This document shows, piece after piece, positions 12,605 through 25,742 of a stretch of 64,000 bases of DNA. Within the stretch, counting starts at the first letter, position 1, and each line of letters starts with the position of its first letter. Where the stretch lies: NCBI GenBank assembly GCA_036785375.1, contig JAWMAR010000238.1, forward strand, positions 3,348,001-3,412,000, written 5' to 3'. The stretch is from Leucoraja ocellata (taxonomy: Eukaryota). The position numbers were made by a program, and so were the translations under genes. Under the pieces are notes generated by a model that worked only from the letters and a program-made list of their open reading frames with translations, did no database searches and was not told where the DNA came from.

Positions 12605-13397
12605 GTGAGGGATTACAATAGTGTAGAAACGCTTTACATCATCTATTAAAGCGGAAAGATTTTAACTTCAGGTGGCTTGTTACCAGCTTAAAGTTTTATT
12701 TTTGAAAGGTTTGTTGTGAAGTCGAAATTCGTTCAGGTGCACCAAAATTTCCTAACTTGCTTGTTTTAAATGGATTCCTTACCCAAGTTGAAACTTGGTC
12801 CTCTTTGTTCAGCAGCGTCTGGGGCAAGGTTGGGTGTAGTTCTAAGGGGAAATTTGCTGGAAATGGCAATGATTATTTGTGTTTAATGACTGAGAAGAAC
12901 AGCAGCCAATAGTGCATATTCATTCTCCATCCTTTTCCCCATTTATTTACCGTAGTCTAATGCCTTCTCGAGTATTTGATGCCATTATGCTTCTGCCTTC
13001 CTGTTTGTGTCGAGTTCTCTTTGTGGGCACCTAGTTTCCCTATTGTATACTATTAGGTCTACTTCAAGATTTTGATCTCCTATATCTCAACTTTCTTTTA
13101 AAATGTAACAGTCTCCCAAGCAACAAACATATTGCGCCAGTAAATACATCATCGTCACTCTCCCTTGAGGTGTGAATGCAGTCTAATTCCCAGTGAAAAT
13201 AACAGAAGGTTTCAAAAAGAATAGGGACCAGGATAGCCTTCACTCATTTTCCTCTCAATGTTTGTGCAGGAGATAGTAGTTCTATTTTAGTGATCAGTGT
13301 CCTTGATAAACACAAAAACTAAACACAAAGCAAAGTAAGTATTGGTTTGCCTGCTGATGTTATGTAACATAATTTTGTACAAGTTCTCAACAGGTTT

Positions 13398-13738
13398 TTA
13401 TTATTATTTTTTTTTATTTTATTAATCAAAAAATGTATTCAATTATTAAAAATTAATATTTACACTACAATAAAACAAGCCAGAACCCACCACCATAATA
13501 CAATGCAAACATGTATCCATAATAAACTACTATAGAACTATGTTACAATCCTTATTGAGGATACATTCAACACCCTGCGGAGCCCAGCGGTCCCGGAACT
13601 CCCTCAGGGTGCCCGTAGACAGGGCGTATTCCCTTTCTAACCCCACCCGGGCATGGAAGTAACCCCGGAAAAGGGGCAGGCAGCTGGCCCGGGTAGAGCC
13701 CTCCACCGCCTGGCGCCGTGACTCGTGGACGGCCAGCA
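13398..13738 (-). mobile_element. 5'-truncated L1/Tx1-clade LINE 3' end with 13-bp TSD
   Basis: TSD TCTCAACAGGTTT at 13385-13397 and 13739-13751. A-rich tail on the minus strand. ORF end ...RVGLEREYALSTGTLREFRDRWAPQG resembles Tx1-type ORF2 C-termini. Confidence 0.8.
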
Positions 13739-13779
13739 TCTCAACAGGTTTAGTAGGCTAGGAGTGCAGGCAACTCAGC

Positions 13780-14115
13780 GTTGTTTAAAATCACGAGGGG
13801 AATAGATAGAGTGAATGAACAGAGTTTGTTACTCAGGGTAATGGAATCGAGAAATAGAGGGCATGGATTTAAGGTGAGGGGGAAAAGAGTTAATTGAAAC
13901 CCGAGGGGCAGGCTTTTCACATAGCTGTATAAAGAACAAGCTGCCAGAGGAAGTAGTTGAGGCAAGTACAAAAAACAACATTTAAGGGACATTTGGACAG
14001 GTACATGGATAGATATGTTTTCAGAGGGACATGGGCCAAATCCAGGCCAATGGGACTAGTTTGTTTGGCATGCACAGGTTCGGCCGAAGAGTCGTACATG
14101 CTGTATCACTCTACA
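13780..14115 (+). mobile_element. CR1-type LINE 3' fragment
   Basis: gctgccagaggaagtagttgaggc...ttggacaggtacatggatag, the same subfamily tail as 360-640. Confidence 0.75.
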
Positions 14116-14703
14116 ACGATAATAAAACTGCTGCTGTGGAAGTTGGTAATAGGTTTCTGTTCGTTCGGAACCTTAACAAATTATGAGAAGGTGCTGTGAA
14201 GATTAATTTAACTGCTTCTTGCAAGTTGTTTCCTGTTCAGTATTACTGACCTACTTCTAGAGTGTTTGATCAATACTGTAAATTTCAGAGTGACAATATG
14301 ATTACATGTGCTTTGTTGCAATGGGAAAATCACAATTTTAGTGCACTGCATGTAAAGCAAGGATAGAAGACGCTAAGCCAACTCCAGACATTTAATTTAC
14401 AATAGCAATGTGTTTGGCAAGTGCAGGAGTGCTGCAACATAACGGCGTATTTTGCAATTGGTGCCCAAAGGATGGTGCCTAGACCTTGACCTAGAAGAAA
14501 GCTTCCCACAAAGATTTAGCAGATTCTCCTTTTCCAGTGCGATTTGTACAGGGACTTGCTGTGTTCAGCTCCAGCACGGTTCTCAAGCAGCCTGAGCAGT
14601 CAATAAGATTCAAAAGTCCCTTTATAGACCAGGCCAGAAAATAAAAAGCAGACAATGACTAACTAATACGTATTTTTCCAGAAAATAGAGAAACAACTGA
14701 AAT

Positions 14704-15090
14704 GTAGGCACAAGGGAACTGCAGATATTGATTTACAAAAAAAATAATATGAAGTGTTGGAGTAACTCAGCAGGTCAAGCAGCATCTCTGGAGAACATAC
14801 ATAGGCAACATTTCGGGTTGGGACCCGTCTTCAGACTGATTGCAAAGGCCAGAGATGAAAAGATAAGAAGTGTGAGACAAGGATAGAAGTACGATAGAAG
14901 AGGTGGCAAAACAGTTGCCTAGTCTGCACTTCAATCACTGATGTAAAGGAGGCCACATGAGGTGCACCAAATGGATTAGATTGGAAGGATTCATTAACCA
15001 TGTTCCTTTCACACAACTCTTTATGTCTAAATAGAAAGAGCAGGTTAAAATGGTCTGTCCCTCTGTCAATCAGTGGATGGGGAAACCCGA
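14704..15090 (-). mobile_element. Penelope-like fragment (pLTR plus decayed ORF remnant)
   Basis: pLTR module with minus-strand CTGAAGACGGGTCCCAACCCGAAATGTT core at about 14807-14834. Confidence 0.6.
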
Positions 15091-16459
15091 GTACCAAAGA
15101 GATGTGACTGCTTAGTTGTTAACTACACTCAAAATTCATGTTGATAGACTTTTGGACATAAGATTTTTGGATAGATTCGGCAAGTTTAGTTGAGGTGGAA
15201 GACCAACCATGAAATTGTTGAATGGTGATGTATCCTCTTTAACTTTGGAAGAAACCTTGTTGTGCAAGGTCTAAAATTAAAGAGTGATAGAAGCCCTGAG
15301 GAAGTTCAACCTACTTTATGTATCCAGATTCAAATCTTACTATATGGGGAATATGTTTATGAGGCCTATTCTGGCTCCTGAGTGCAACCCCATCCTGGAG
15401 ACCAATGGACCAGATATATTCACTTAAATTTCTTAATGGTCCCCTTCCAATGAGTATGTTTTCTGTGCACTAGGTCCCATCCAATTTTGAGGGATAGGAT
15501 CAGATTTGTGGTGATAGTTACAAATCTTCCTGCAATGGGAAGTAGTGAGGCATTTCAGAAAATTGGCCTGAAGATTGTCATAACTTCAAACACAGGGCTC
15601 CACTTTCAATGTCTTCACTAAGTACTTTTGACAGAAGCACTTATGCTTATGCCATCTTGTTAGATCAAATAATTTGGAACTTGCATCTCTGAGCCATGCA
15701 TATCACGACAAGCAGGAGCCACATGGTCGGGTGGGGGTGGATAGGAGGAGCGATGTGAGAGTTCAGGGTAAGGGCATAGCTTGGATATCGAATCTTACTG
15801 ATAGAAGACATAACAGGTCTCATTAACACACTTCACCATGCAATAAGCACATGGCTGAATCTGGATACTAAAAGCAAGTTGTTGATAACATGTTTCAGTA
15901 TTAACTTCCTTATACAAGGGACTGGAAGATGCTTTAATTGTCCCCCAGGAGAGTGTTAGCCTTCCCCTCTCCACTGGATAGAGGTTTGGCTGCATGGTTT
16001 CTGGTGCATGAGGAGACAGGTCTTCACAACGCTCAAAGTTGTATTGCTACTCACACCAAATAAAGTCCCCTTGAACTACCACCATAATTCCTGATGATGC
16101 TCATGGAGATTGGCATGGGATGCCAGAACTTCAAAGAAAGCTCCATTTCAAAAGTTGTTAAGTATTTTAATGTTACTCTGAAGGTTTGCAACCAGGAACC
16201 TTATTGTACTTCTTCTGTTCTTCTATTCTAATCATGCATTAACTGTGGCAGCAATCCTGTTTTAACTGCTGATATTTTAGCGAAACCTTGTGGAAGTTTA
16301 ACCTGCTAATAGTGCCCAGATCCAGTTTCATATCATACATAGTTACCAGAGTTTCACTAGAAACTGTCAAACAGAACCTGTTTTTATTTGAAAATATCAC
16401 ATGCACAAATTTGACTGTTAAATTGTTTTATTTCCTTGCAACACAATACATTACTTTAG

Positions 16460-16580
16460 ATATGACAGCTATGAGGAATATGAAAATGAGAGGCTGAAGA
16501 GGGAGGAATATCGAAAGGACTATGAGAAACGTGAATTTGAAAGAGCAAAACAAAGGGAACGTCAAAGGCAAAAGGCAATT
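16460..16580 (+). CDS. PPARGC1A: PGC-1alpha coding exon (exon 10 equivalent)
   Basis: ctttag|A...GCAATT|gtaagt. Encodes YDSYEEYENERLKREEYRKDYEKREFERAKQRERQRQKAI. Confidence 0.96.
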
Positions 16581-16668
16581 GTAAGTATTATTGTGGCTCT
16601 CTTTTATTTCATTTAGATTTAGCAGCATGATGCTCTGGTTTACAAAAATGTTCTTAAAATCTCCCCAG

Positions 16669-16790
16669 GAGGAACGCCGTGTTATTTATGTGGGAAAAGT
16701 CAGGGGTGACATAACACGCACGGAACTTAAAAGACGTTTTGAAGTTTTTGGTGAAATCGAAGAATGCACTGTACATTTGCGTGAAGATGG
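16669..16790 (+). CDS. PPARGC1A: PGC-1alpha coding exon (exon 11 equivalent, RRM N-half)
   Basis: ccccag|GAG...GATGG|gtaaga, after an 88-nt intron. Encodes EERRVIYVGKVRGDITRTELKRRFEVFGEIEECTVHLRED(G). Confidence 0.96.
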
Positions 16791-17786
16791 GTAAGATTAC
16801 CAACAGTTACATTTCTCATGATAAACGTGCTCCTGAAAAATTCAAATCCGTTTTTTTTTAATTAATGGAGCTGATAGAGAACTTTAATAATAACTGAATG
16901 GGCATGTAAGAGTTCTTATAATTTTGAAATATGTGTTGATATTTTGAATTTATATTTTCTTGGAGATTATCTGGTCATCTTTGTGGCTTGATTTCCATCA
17001 CACTGACATCAAACAGACCTCCTGATACAAGTCACAGAATTTGTTGATTCAATTCAACTCATTGCAAAAAGATATTGTTGTGGTGTGGATGAAGGATGGC
17101 TATGGCCCAAGCTGTCTTTTTGCAGAAAAATATTCCTGCTGCTACAGCCAACACCAACATAGCATTAGCTATAGTCTTGATATTTTACCATATAGAGTGT
17201 GTAGAGTATATTTCTAATCTAGAGAAACAATTGAGATCTTAAGATCTGGCTTTGTACTTTGACACGGTGATGCATTGTCAACCGACAGGCAGATTGGGCA
17301 TCATGCAGCACTGCCCCTTTCAAATTTACAAGGTTTAAAGAGGCATGGCCAACTATTGTGCATTATTGCCAAAAATACCATAAATTGAAACTAATATCTA
17401 CAGATAATAAAATCTTGTTTTTTATTGTCTATTTCAAAAAAGGACAAATACGTCTCTTTGTGTGCTCCCTCAACCAATGACCAAACAGATTTTCAGTACT
17501 GTTTGTGGTATTTTTTTAAATCTGAAGAAGTTTACATATTTATTTAAATATACATCAAATTGACAATGCATTTCGTTGTCTCTGTACTGTACACTGACAA
17601 TGACAATTAAATTGAATCTGAATCTTTGCGTGCAAATTATTTTTATATCTTTCTACATTGATGCAATGTTTTGTTTTTATTGGTTAACAAATGGAAGGTA
17701 CCAAATTATATTCTGCAATTAATTCATAATGTGCACAATTGGCTACAATGAGTGACATCCGTTCATTGTGTTCTCATTTTTTCCAG

Positions 17787-17938
17787 TGACAACTATGGTT
17801 TCATCACATATCGTTACACTTGTGATGCCTTTGCTGCCCTCGAGAATGGACACACTTTGCGAAGGTCTCATGAGCCACCATTTGAATTGTGCTTTGGTGG
17901 TCGTAGACAGTTTTACAAGTCAAACTATGCAGATCTAG
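17787..17938 (+). CDS. PPARGC1A: PGC-1alpha coding exon (exon 12 equivalent, RRM C-half)
   Basis: ttccag|T...CTAG|gtaagg. Encodes DNYGFITYRYTCDAFAALENGHTLRRSHEPPFELCFGGRRQFYKSNYADL; ends in phase 1. Confidence 0.96.
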
Positions 17939-18599
17939 GTAAGGTTGGTATGTAACATAATAGCTTTACTTTCTCATTGACAGTATGGATATTTGAATTT
18001 TGATGGTTTTTAATTATTATTTTCAAAAACTTTGAAGTATTTAATCATGAATTCAGACTCTGCCTCTCTTATCATAATCTTACACGTGACTTTCAAAATA
18101 GAAAATCATACAGAGTCAGTAGAGATTTGTGTAATACGGCATTCTGGGCAAAACTAACCCATATTTATTCTTGAAGTACCATGTGAATTTAACAGTAATG
18201 TTACTTGCTAACTTCACCTAGGAGGCAAGATTTAGAAAATACACGTTATTTTATGTACTGTACCTTATGTACTGTAAGAGCTGTAGGAAAATTAATTATT
18301 TTTTGTTATTGATGAAAGACATGACGGCCCAGGAATAAAAAGAGGACTCTAGCTAATGTGAAAACTTATGACTAATTAAGGGTATTCAAAGAGAAATTGA
18401 ATTCCTAAAAGTATTGCACAACGTATGAACGGTCTTTTGTCAAAGAAATGAGGAAAAGTATAAAAAGCTGAGAATAACTTACATCAGTATCAGGCAAATA
18501 GATAATTGTCCCATTGATCACAATAGAATCAGAGAATAGACGGAAGCTTATTTCATTTTTTGAGGGTTTGTTAGGCTGGGTTATAATTTGGAAGATGGC

Positions 18600-21470
18600 T
18601 AATAGACAATAGACAATAGGTGCAGGAGTAGGCCATTTGGCCCTTTGAGCCAGCACCACCATTCAAAGTGATCATGGCTTATCATCCCCAATCAATACCC
18701 CGTTCCTGCCTTCTCCCCATATCCCCTGACCCTGCTATCTTTAAGAGCCCTATCTAGCTCTCTCTTGAAAGCATCCAGAGAACCTGCCTCCACCGCCCTC
18801 TGAGGCAGAGAATTCCACAGACTCACCACTCTCTTTGAGAAAAAGTGTTTCCTCGTCTCCGTTCTAAATGGCTTACTCCTTATTCTTAAACTGTGGCCCC
18901 TGGTTCTGGACTCCCCCAACATCGGGAACATGTTTCCTGCCTCTAGCATGTCCAAGCCCTTAACAATCTTATATGTTTCAATGAGATCCGCCATCCCGGG
19001 AATTAACCTTGTAAACCTACGCTGCAATCCCTCAATAGCAAGAATGTCCTTCCTCAAATGAGGGGACCAAAACTGCACACAATATTCCAGGTGTGGTCTC
19101 ACTAGGGCTCTGTACAACTGCAGAAGGACCTCTTTACTACTATATTTGATTCCTCTTGTTATAAAGGCCACCATGCCATTCGGTTTCTTCACTGCCTGCT
19201 GTACCTGCATGCTTACTTTCATAGATTGATGTACAAGGACCACCAGATTCCGTTGTACTTCCCTTTTTCCCAACTTGATGCCATTTAGACAGTAATCTGC
19301 CTTCCTGTTTTTGCTACCAAAGTGGATAGCCTCACATTTATCTGCATTAAACTTCATCTGCCATGCATCTGCCCACTCCCCCAACCTGTCCAAGTCACCT
19401 GCATTCTCATAGCATCCTCCTCACAGTTCACACTGCCACCCTGCTTTGTGTCATCTGCAAATTTGCTAATGTTACTTTGAATCCCTTCATCCAAATCATT
19501 GATGTATATTGGAAATAGCTGCGGTCCCAGCACCGAGCCTTGCGGTACCCCACTAGACACTGCCTGCCATTCTGAAAGGGACCCGTTAATCACAACTCTT
19601 TGTTTCCTGTCTGTCAACCACTTCTCTATCCATGTCAGCACTCTACCCCTGATACCATGTGCCCTAACTATGCCCACTAATCTCCTATGTGGGACCTTAT
19701 CAAATGCTTTCTGAAAGTCCAGCTACACTACATCAACTGGCTCTCCCTTGTCCATTTTCCTAGTTACATCCTCAAAAAATTCCAGAAGATTAGTCAAGCA
19801 TGGTTGACCCCTTCGTAAATTCATGCTGACTCAGACCGATCCTGTTACTGCTATCCAAATGTGCGGCTATCTCATCTTTTATAATTGACTCCAGCATCTT
19901 CCCCACCACCGATGTTAGGCTAACTGGTCTATACTTCCCCGTTTTCTCTCTCCCACCTTTCTTAAAAAGTGGGATAACATTAGCTACCCTCCAATCCACA
20001 GGAACTGATCCTGAGTCTATAGAACATTGGAAAATTATCACCAATGCATCCACAATTTCTAGAGCCACTTCCTTAAGTACCCTGGGAACCAGACCATCAG
20101 GCCCTGGGGATTTAACAGCCTTCAGTCCCATCAGTCTATCCAACACCATTTCCTGCCTAATGTGGATTTCCTTCAGTTCCTCTGTCACCCCAGATCCTCT
20201 GGCCACTTATATATCAGGAAGATTGTTTGTGTCCTCCTCAGTGAAGACAGATCCAAAGTACCTGTTCAACTCATCTGCCATTTCCTTGTTCCCCATAATA
20301 AATTCACCTTTTTCAGTCTTCAAGTGTCCAACTTTGGTCTTAACTAATTTTTTCCTCTGCACATTCCTAAACTTTTACTATCTGCTTTATATTTGTGGCT
20401 AGCTTCCTTCATACCTCATCTTTTCTCCCCGTATTGTCTTTTTGGTTATCTTCTGTTGTTTTTTAAACATTACCCAATCCTCTTGCTTCCCGCTCATCTT
20501 TGCTACGTTGTACTTCTTCGCTTTAATTTTTATACTGTCCCTGACGTCCCTTGTCAGCCATGGTCGTCCCTTTCTCCCTTTGGAATCTTTCTTCCTCCTA
20601 GGAATGAACTGATCCTGCACCTGTATTATTCCTAGAAATACCTGCCTTTTTTGTTCCACTGTCATCCCTGCTAGTGTATCTTTCCAATCAACCTTGGCCA
20701 GCTCCTCCCTCATGGCCCCATAGTTCCCTTTATTCAACTGCAACACTGACACCTCCGATCTACTCTTCTCCCTCTCCAATTGTAGATTAAACCTGACCAT
20801 GTTATGGTCACTGCCTCCTAATGGCTCATTAACCTTGAAGTCCTTTATCAAATCTGGTTCATTACATAACACTAAATCCAGAATTGCCTTCTCCCTGGTA
20901 GGCTCCAATACAAGCTGTTCAAATAATCCATCATGAAGGCACTCTACAAAGTCCCTTTCTTGGGGTTCAGTACCAACCTGATTTTCCCTGCAGTCTACCT
21001 GCATGTTGAAATCTCCCATAACAACCACAGCATTACTTTTGCTACATGCCAATTTTAACTCCTGATTCAACTTGCGCCCTTTGTCCAGGCTACTGTTTGG
21101 GGGCCCATAGATTAGTCCCATTAGGGTCTTTTTACCCTTACAATTGCTTAGTTCTATCCATACTGACACCACATCTCCTGTTTCAATATCACCCCTTGCA
21201 AGGGACTGAATTTCATTCCTCACCAACAGAGCAACCCCACCCCCTCTGCCCACCTGTCTGTCTTTTCGATAAGAGGTATACCCTTGAATATTCAGTTCCC
21301 AGTCCTGGCCCTCTTGCAGCCATGTCTCAGTAATCCCCACAACATCATACTTGCCAGTTTCTAACTGAGCTTCAAGCTCGTCCACTTTATTCCTTATACT
21401 TCACGCATTCATATACAGCACTTTGACCTGCTTATTCACTTCCCCCCTCGCAATTGGTCCTGACCTTACT
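18600..21470 (-). mobile_element. CR1-type LINE, near-complete ORF2 (APE endonuclease + RT), frameshifted
   Basis: ORF 20399-21385 has GITETW, GDFN and SDHN endonuclease motifs. ORFs 19790-20206 (KSPGPDG, YRPVSLTS), 19354-19677 (GVPQGSVLGP, KFADDT) and 18692-19393 (LVRPHLEYCVQFWSP). (ATTGTCT)n tail at about 18600. Confidence 0.95.
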
Positions 21471-23019
21471 CTGTTGTCCATTCTCCATTCTCTGTCGTCA
21501 ATTCTCTAATAAATGCATTAGACTGGGACTAAAATTTACATTCTTGGCTCCGTAATCCTAACACAAGAATTCAGCAGAGGGACAAGAATCTATGCAATGT
21601 GTTGGATATGCAGGATCGCAACCTGAATGGAAACAGGAAGCACAGAATCACCAAAATAGCCTTGAATCTACTCAGTGATCTGTTGATAACAAACCTTAAT
21701 GCACAGTCTATCCCATGATGTCAGAGGAGGTGAGCCTGCTTTCAATCCCAGCTTGCTTCTCCGTGTACTTTGGTACACATGACAATAATATACCTTGTGC
21801 ACTAGGCTAAATAGCATGAGGTACATGTTCTGTATTCTGGCCTGTAAATCACAGAGTAAGATGTGAAGTTGTAAAGTACAGAAATATTCTTTAATTGGTC
21901 TGATGTGGCAACGTCACAACCTAAAGGATGCACAGCTATTTGGTGTTTCATTGCTCATTTTTACATTACTGGATATTTTCCCATTAATTCAGATCAAATA
22001 TGTAAGTTTGAAAATATTGTAGACATTGACATAGACAAAAATAAGATATATAGACATTGTGACATGGTAAAACCATTTTAAACAAATTTTTAAATTCAAT
22101 GAATGTAACTCAAAATGCCTCTTGCATAGTTCCAGATGTGGACTTTTGTTCAGATTTCATTCCCACAAATGATAAAGAATCTTGAGGCTCTATTGAAATT
22201 TTAGAGCTCAGTTATAGCTAGGTTCCGTGGTTTAGAGTTATTTAATTTGGTGAATTGCAGGATTGGAAATAATATTGCTTATTTTTAAACAATGAAGCTG
22301 AACATTGTTGGTCAGCTTGGAGGTCGTGGCTTTATAATCCGCACCTAATGTGTCAAGTTAGACACTGAATAATTAACCTCTGAAATGATATGCTGAATCG
22401 GGCAGAGAAGTTGGAAAATCAAATTTATTAAAAAAAGGTTCCTTGAGAGTTGAGGATATTCCCACTTAAAGGGGATCACTTTTTAATCAACTGTGACAGT
22501 GATGAGTCATGGAAAAAATGGTCCTCTGCGGCAATCAGTGAGAGCTTTAGTGAGCGAAACATGAATTTTCAAGACCACTTAAATAGAATGTTTTTTTTTC
22601 TCTCTTTTATGCAAGAGAGAGAACTCAGTTAGTGGGTAAAAGTTGTGCAAGAGCAAAGCATCGACTGGATATGACAGATTTGATCATTTTAATCAAAGTT
22701 TGGGTAGAGGATGGGAATAAGGGGATGTGTTGAGAAAGGATTATAAAGAACATTAATGGTGGAATGGGTTTACCATGTGAGTCATCTTGGGTAGATGGGT
22801 TGACGTGGCCTCCTAGTATTCTTGCATGAAAAATATGAAATACCAACTTCCTTTTCGTACAGTTTTATATTTAAATAGTATTGTAAAATCATTTTACAGT
22901 ATCCATGTCATGCATGATGAAATTATGATCAGCTGCTTTGCGCTTGTATAAAGCAGATCACATATTCTCAGTTACCTGATACCTGATCTGGATGTTTGGG
23001 CAGTGGGCAGGTGCTATAG

Positions 23020-23425
23020 ACCTGCACGGGAAGGTAGACGCTCCCGCCCCCACGAGTCTCGGGCAGATGGGGCTCGTCAGCCTGGGAAGGCAGTCCATCT
23101 AGGAGAGAGAAAACTCTGATTTAAAACCTCCACTGCGTTGTGGCCATATCCAGTCATGGAAAAGGCTCCAGGAGTAAACCTCAAGAAAATCCGGAGTCGG
23201 AGGCCCTAAGGCAGTTTGTCGTTGTCTACAACCTTGCTCTCGCAGCTCCTGCGACGGCGCTGGTGCCAAACTGTAATGACCCTGCTGTTCCTATGGATCG
23301 ATCAGCGACATGGAGAGGGGGGGACGTGCTGCATGGGCAACAGCCCGTCCTCCATTTGACATCGCCCAGGCTTGCATCCGACCATTATGCACCATCCATG
23401 GTCAGTCATGACCGAGAGGGGCCTA
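23020..23425 (+). mobile_element. Structured GC-rich SINE-like element resembling an RTE-clade 5' UTR
   Basis: Sharp GC-rich island. ggcagtccatctaggagagagaaaactctgatttaaaacc recalls RTE 5' UTRs (from memory). Hairpins agatgg...ccatct and agag-agaaaa-ctct. Confidence 0.45.
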
Positions 23426-23779
23426 CTAAGATATGGATGTGAAATTACTTTGTAAAATAATTAATCATCTAGGCCACAAATATCAAATAGATGTTTTCCT
23501 TATTAACTAACATATTAGTCCTACACAAGTTGTATGCAATATGCAAAATCACATAGGGCAGCAGTAAGTCTGGTATGTGTCCCGTTTTGGCTTGGTAGCA
23601 TAATTTACGGCATGTCAATGCTTAGTTTGAATAAAGTTTGGAAAATTCTTAAATAAAATAAACTAGAACTTCTTTGGTGAAGTCAGAGTAAGTAAAAATG
23701 CTCCTTCTGAGTTCACCAAAAAGTTGACTCATTGGCAGCTAACTACCCTACTTCTTGCTACAGTGGGATAGCTTTATTA

Positions 23780-24800
23780 GTTCATGTGATTGGAGCAGAA
23801 TTAGACCATTCGGCCCATCAAGTCTACTCCGCCATTCAATCATGGCTGATCTATCTCTTCCTCCCAACCCCATTCTCCTGCCTTCTCCCCATAACCTCCG
23901 ACACCCGTACTAATCGAGAATCTATCTACCTCTGCCTTAAATGTATCCACTGACTTTGCCTACAAAGCCTCTGTGGCAGAATTCCACAGATTCACCACCC
24001 TCCAAAGAAATTCCTCCTCATCTCCTTCCTAAAAGACATCCTTTAATGCTGAAGCTATGACCTCTAGTCCTAGACTCTCTCACCAGTGGAAACATCCTCT
24101 CCACATCCACTCTATTCAAGCCTTTCACTGTTCTGTATGTTTCAATGAGGTCCCCCCTCATTCTTCTAAACTCCAATGAGTACAGGTCCAGTGCCGCCAA
24201 ACGCTTATCATATGTTAACCTACTCATTCCTGGGATCATTCTTGTAAACCTCCTCTTGACTCTCCCCAGAGCCAGCACGTCCTTCCTCAGATATGGTGCC
24301 CAAAATGGTTCACAATATTCCAAATGCGGCCTGACCAGTGCCTTTTAGAGCCTCAACATTACATCGCTGTTTTTGTATAAGCCCTCTCGAAATAAATGAC
24401 AACATTGCGTTTGCTTTAATTACTACCGATTTGAGTTGCAGGTTGACTTTTTGGGAATCCTGCACCAGCATTCCCAAGTCCCTTTGCACCTCCAATTTCT
24501 GGATTCTCTCCCCATAATCTACGCCTTTAGTCCTACTACCAAAATGCATGACTCCACACTTTGCTACACTATATTCGATCAGCCACTTCTCTGCCCACTC
24601 TCCCAACCTATCCAAATCCTTCTGCAGTGTCCCTGTTTTCTCTACACTACCTGCCCCTCCATCTATTTTTGTATCATCCGCAAATCTGGCCACAAAGCTT
24701 TCAATCCCTTCATCCAAATCATTAATATGCAACATGAAGAGAAGCAGTCCCAGCACCGAGCCCCGAGGAACTTCGCTAGTCACTGGCAGCCTACCAGTGA
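23780..24800 (-). mobile_element. 5'-truncated CR1-type LINE
   Basis: ORFs 24310-24810 (VPRGSVLG, RFADDTK) and 24018-24323 (EYC..FWAPYLRKD) plus a CR1 3' UTR. Confidence 0.92.
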
Positions 24801-25407
24801 CTAGCTTCATCTCCCAGAGCCATCTTATCAGTTTGGTACTTTCATTTCACTGATGGTATTTGAATGATAACTGAATGTATGTGGATTCATCGGGACAAAT
24901 ATTCTCGGAATGGTTACTCCACTGAATCCTCCCATTCTTAATGGTAGTTCATTATTATAAAATTATCTGCAATCTGGTTTCCTAATGTCGGTACATAACG
25001 GATGGAATTTTGTGTTTGTGATGATGTCAAACCATCAAACCTGTCAACCTTTCTGTTGATTATGTTGTGAAACGCACAGGATATTTACAAGTGTGTGCCT
25101 GGGTGGTTAAATGTTGAAATCCAGGATTTGCTCTAGCTAATACCCTTTTCCTCTTTATAAGTAATTGCAGCTGGAAAACTCTTTGAAGTAAATAAATTGA
25201 CAGTAATGTCATATTTCATGTTCTATTCCTTGAGAAACCTTGAGAAAGTTGAACACTGTTCGATCATCTGTACTTGTGTTTTAATTTTCCGCATGGCACA
25301 ATTTTTACTGCGTATCATTCTTGCCCTGAAAATAAAGTTTTATGTTCAGAGTTTATTTGCCTTGGAGTAATTAACTCGAAATGCTATCATTCTACTAAAA
25401 TAGTTAG

Positions 25408-25742
25408 TTAGGAAAGAACTGCAGATGCTGGTTTAAATCGAAGCTAGACACAAAATGCTGGAGTAACTCCACGGGACGGGCAGCATATTTGGAGACAAAG
25501 AATGGATGACGTTTCGGGTCGAGATCATTCTTCAACTGATCAGTCTGAAGAAGGGTCTCGACCCGAAATGTCACTCATTCCTTCTCTCAAGAGATGCTGC
25601 CTGTCCCGTTGAGTTACTCCAGCATTTTGTGTCTACCTTCGATTTACCTGAACAGTCTGCAGAAGGGTCGCGACCCAAAACGTCATTCATTCTTTCTCTC
25701 CAGTGATGCGGCTTGTCCCACTGAATCATTCCAGCATTTTAC
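25408..25742. mobile_element. Penelope-derived palindromic pLTR pair plus a third tandem copy
   Basis: About 25430-25535 is the reverse complement of 25541-25646, centred on ctgatcag. A third direct copy starts near 25653. Confidence 0.8.
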
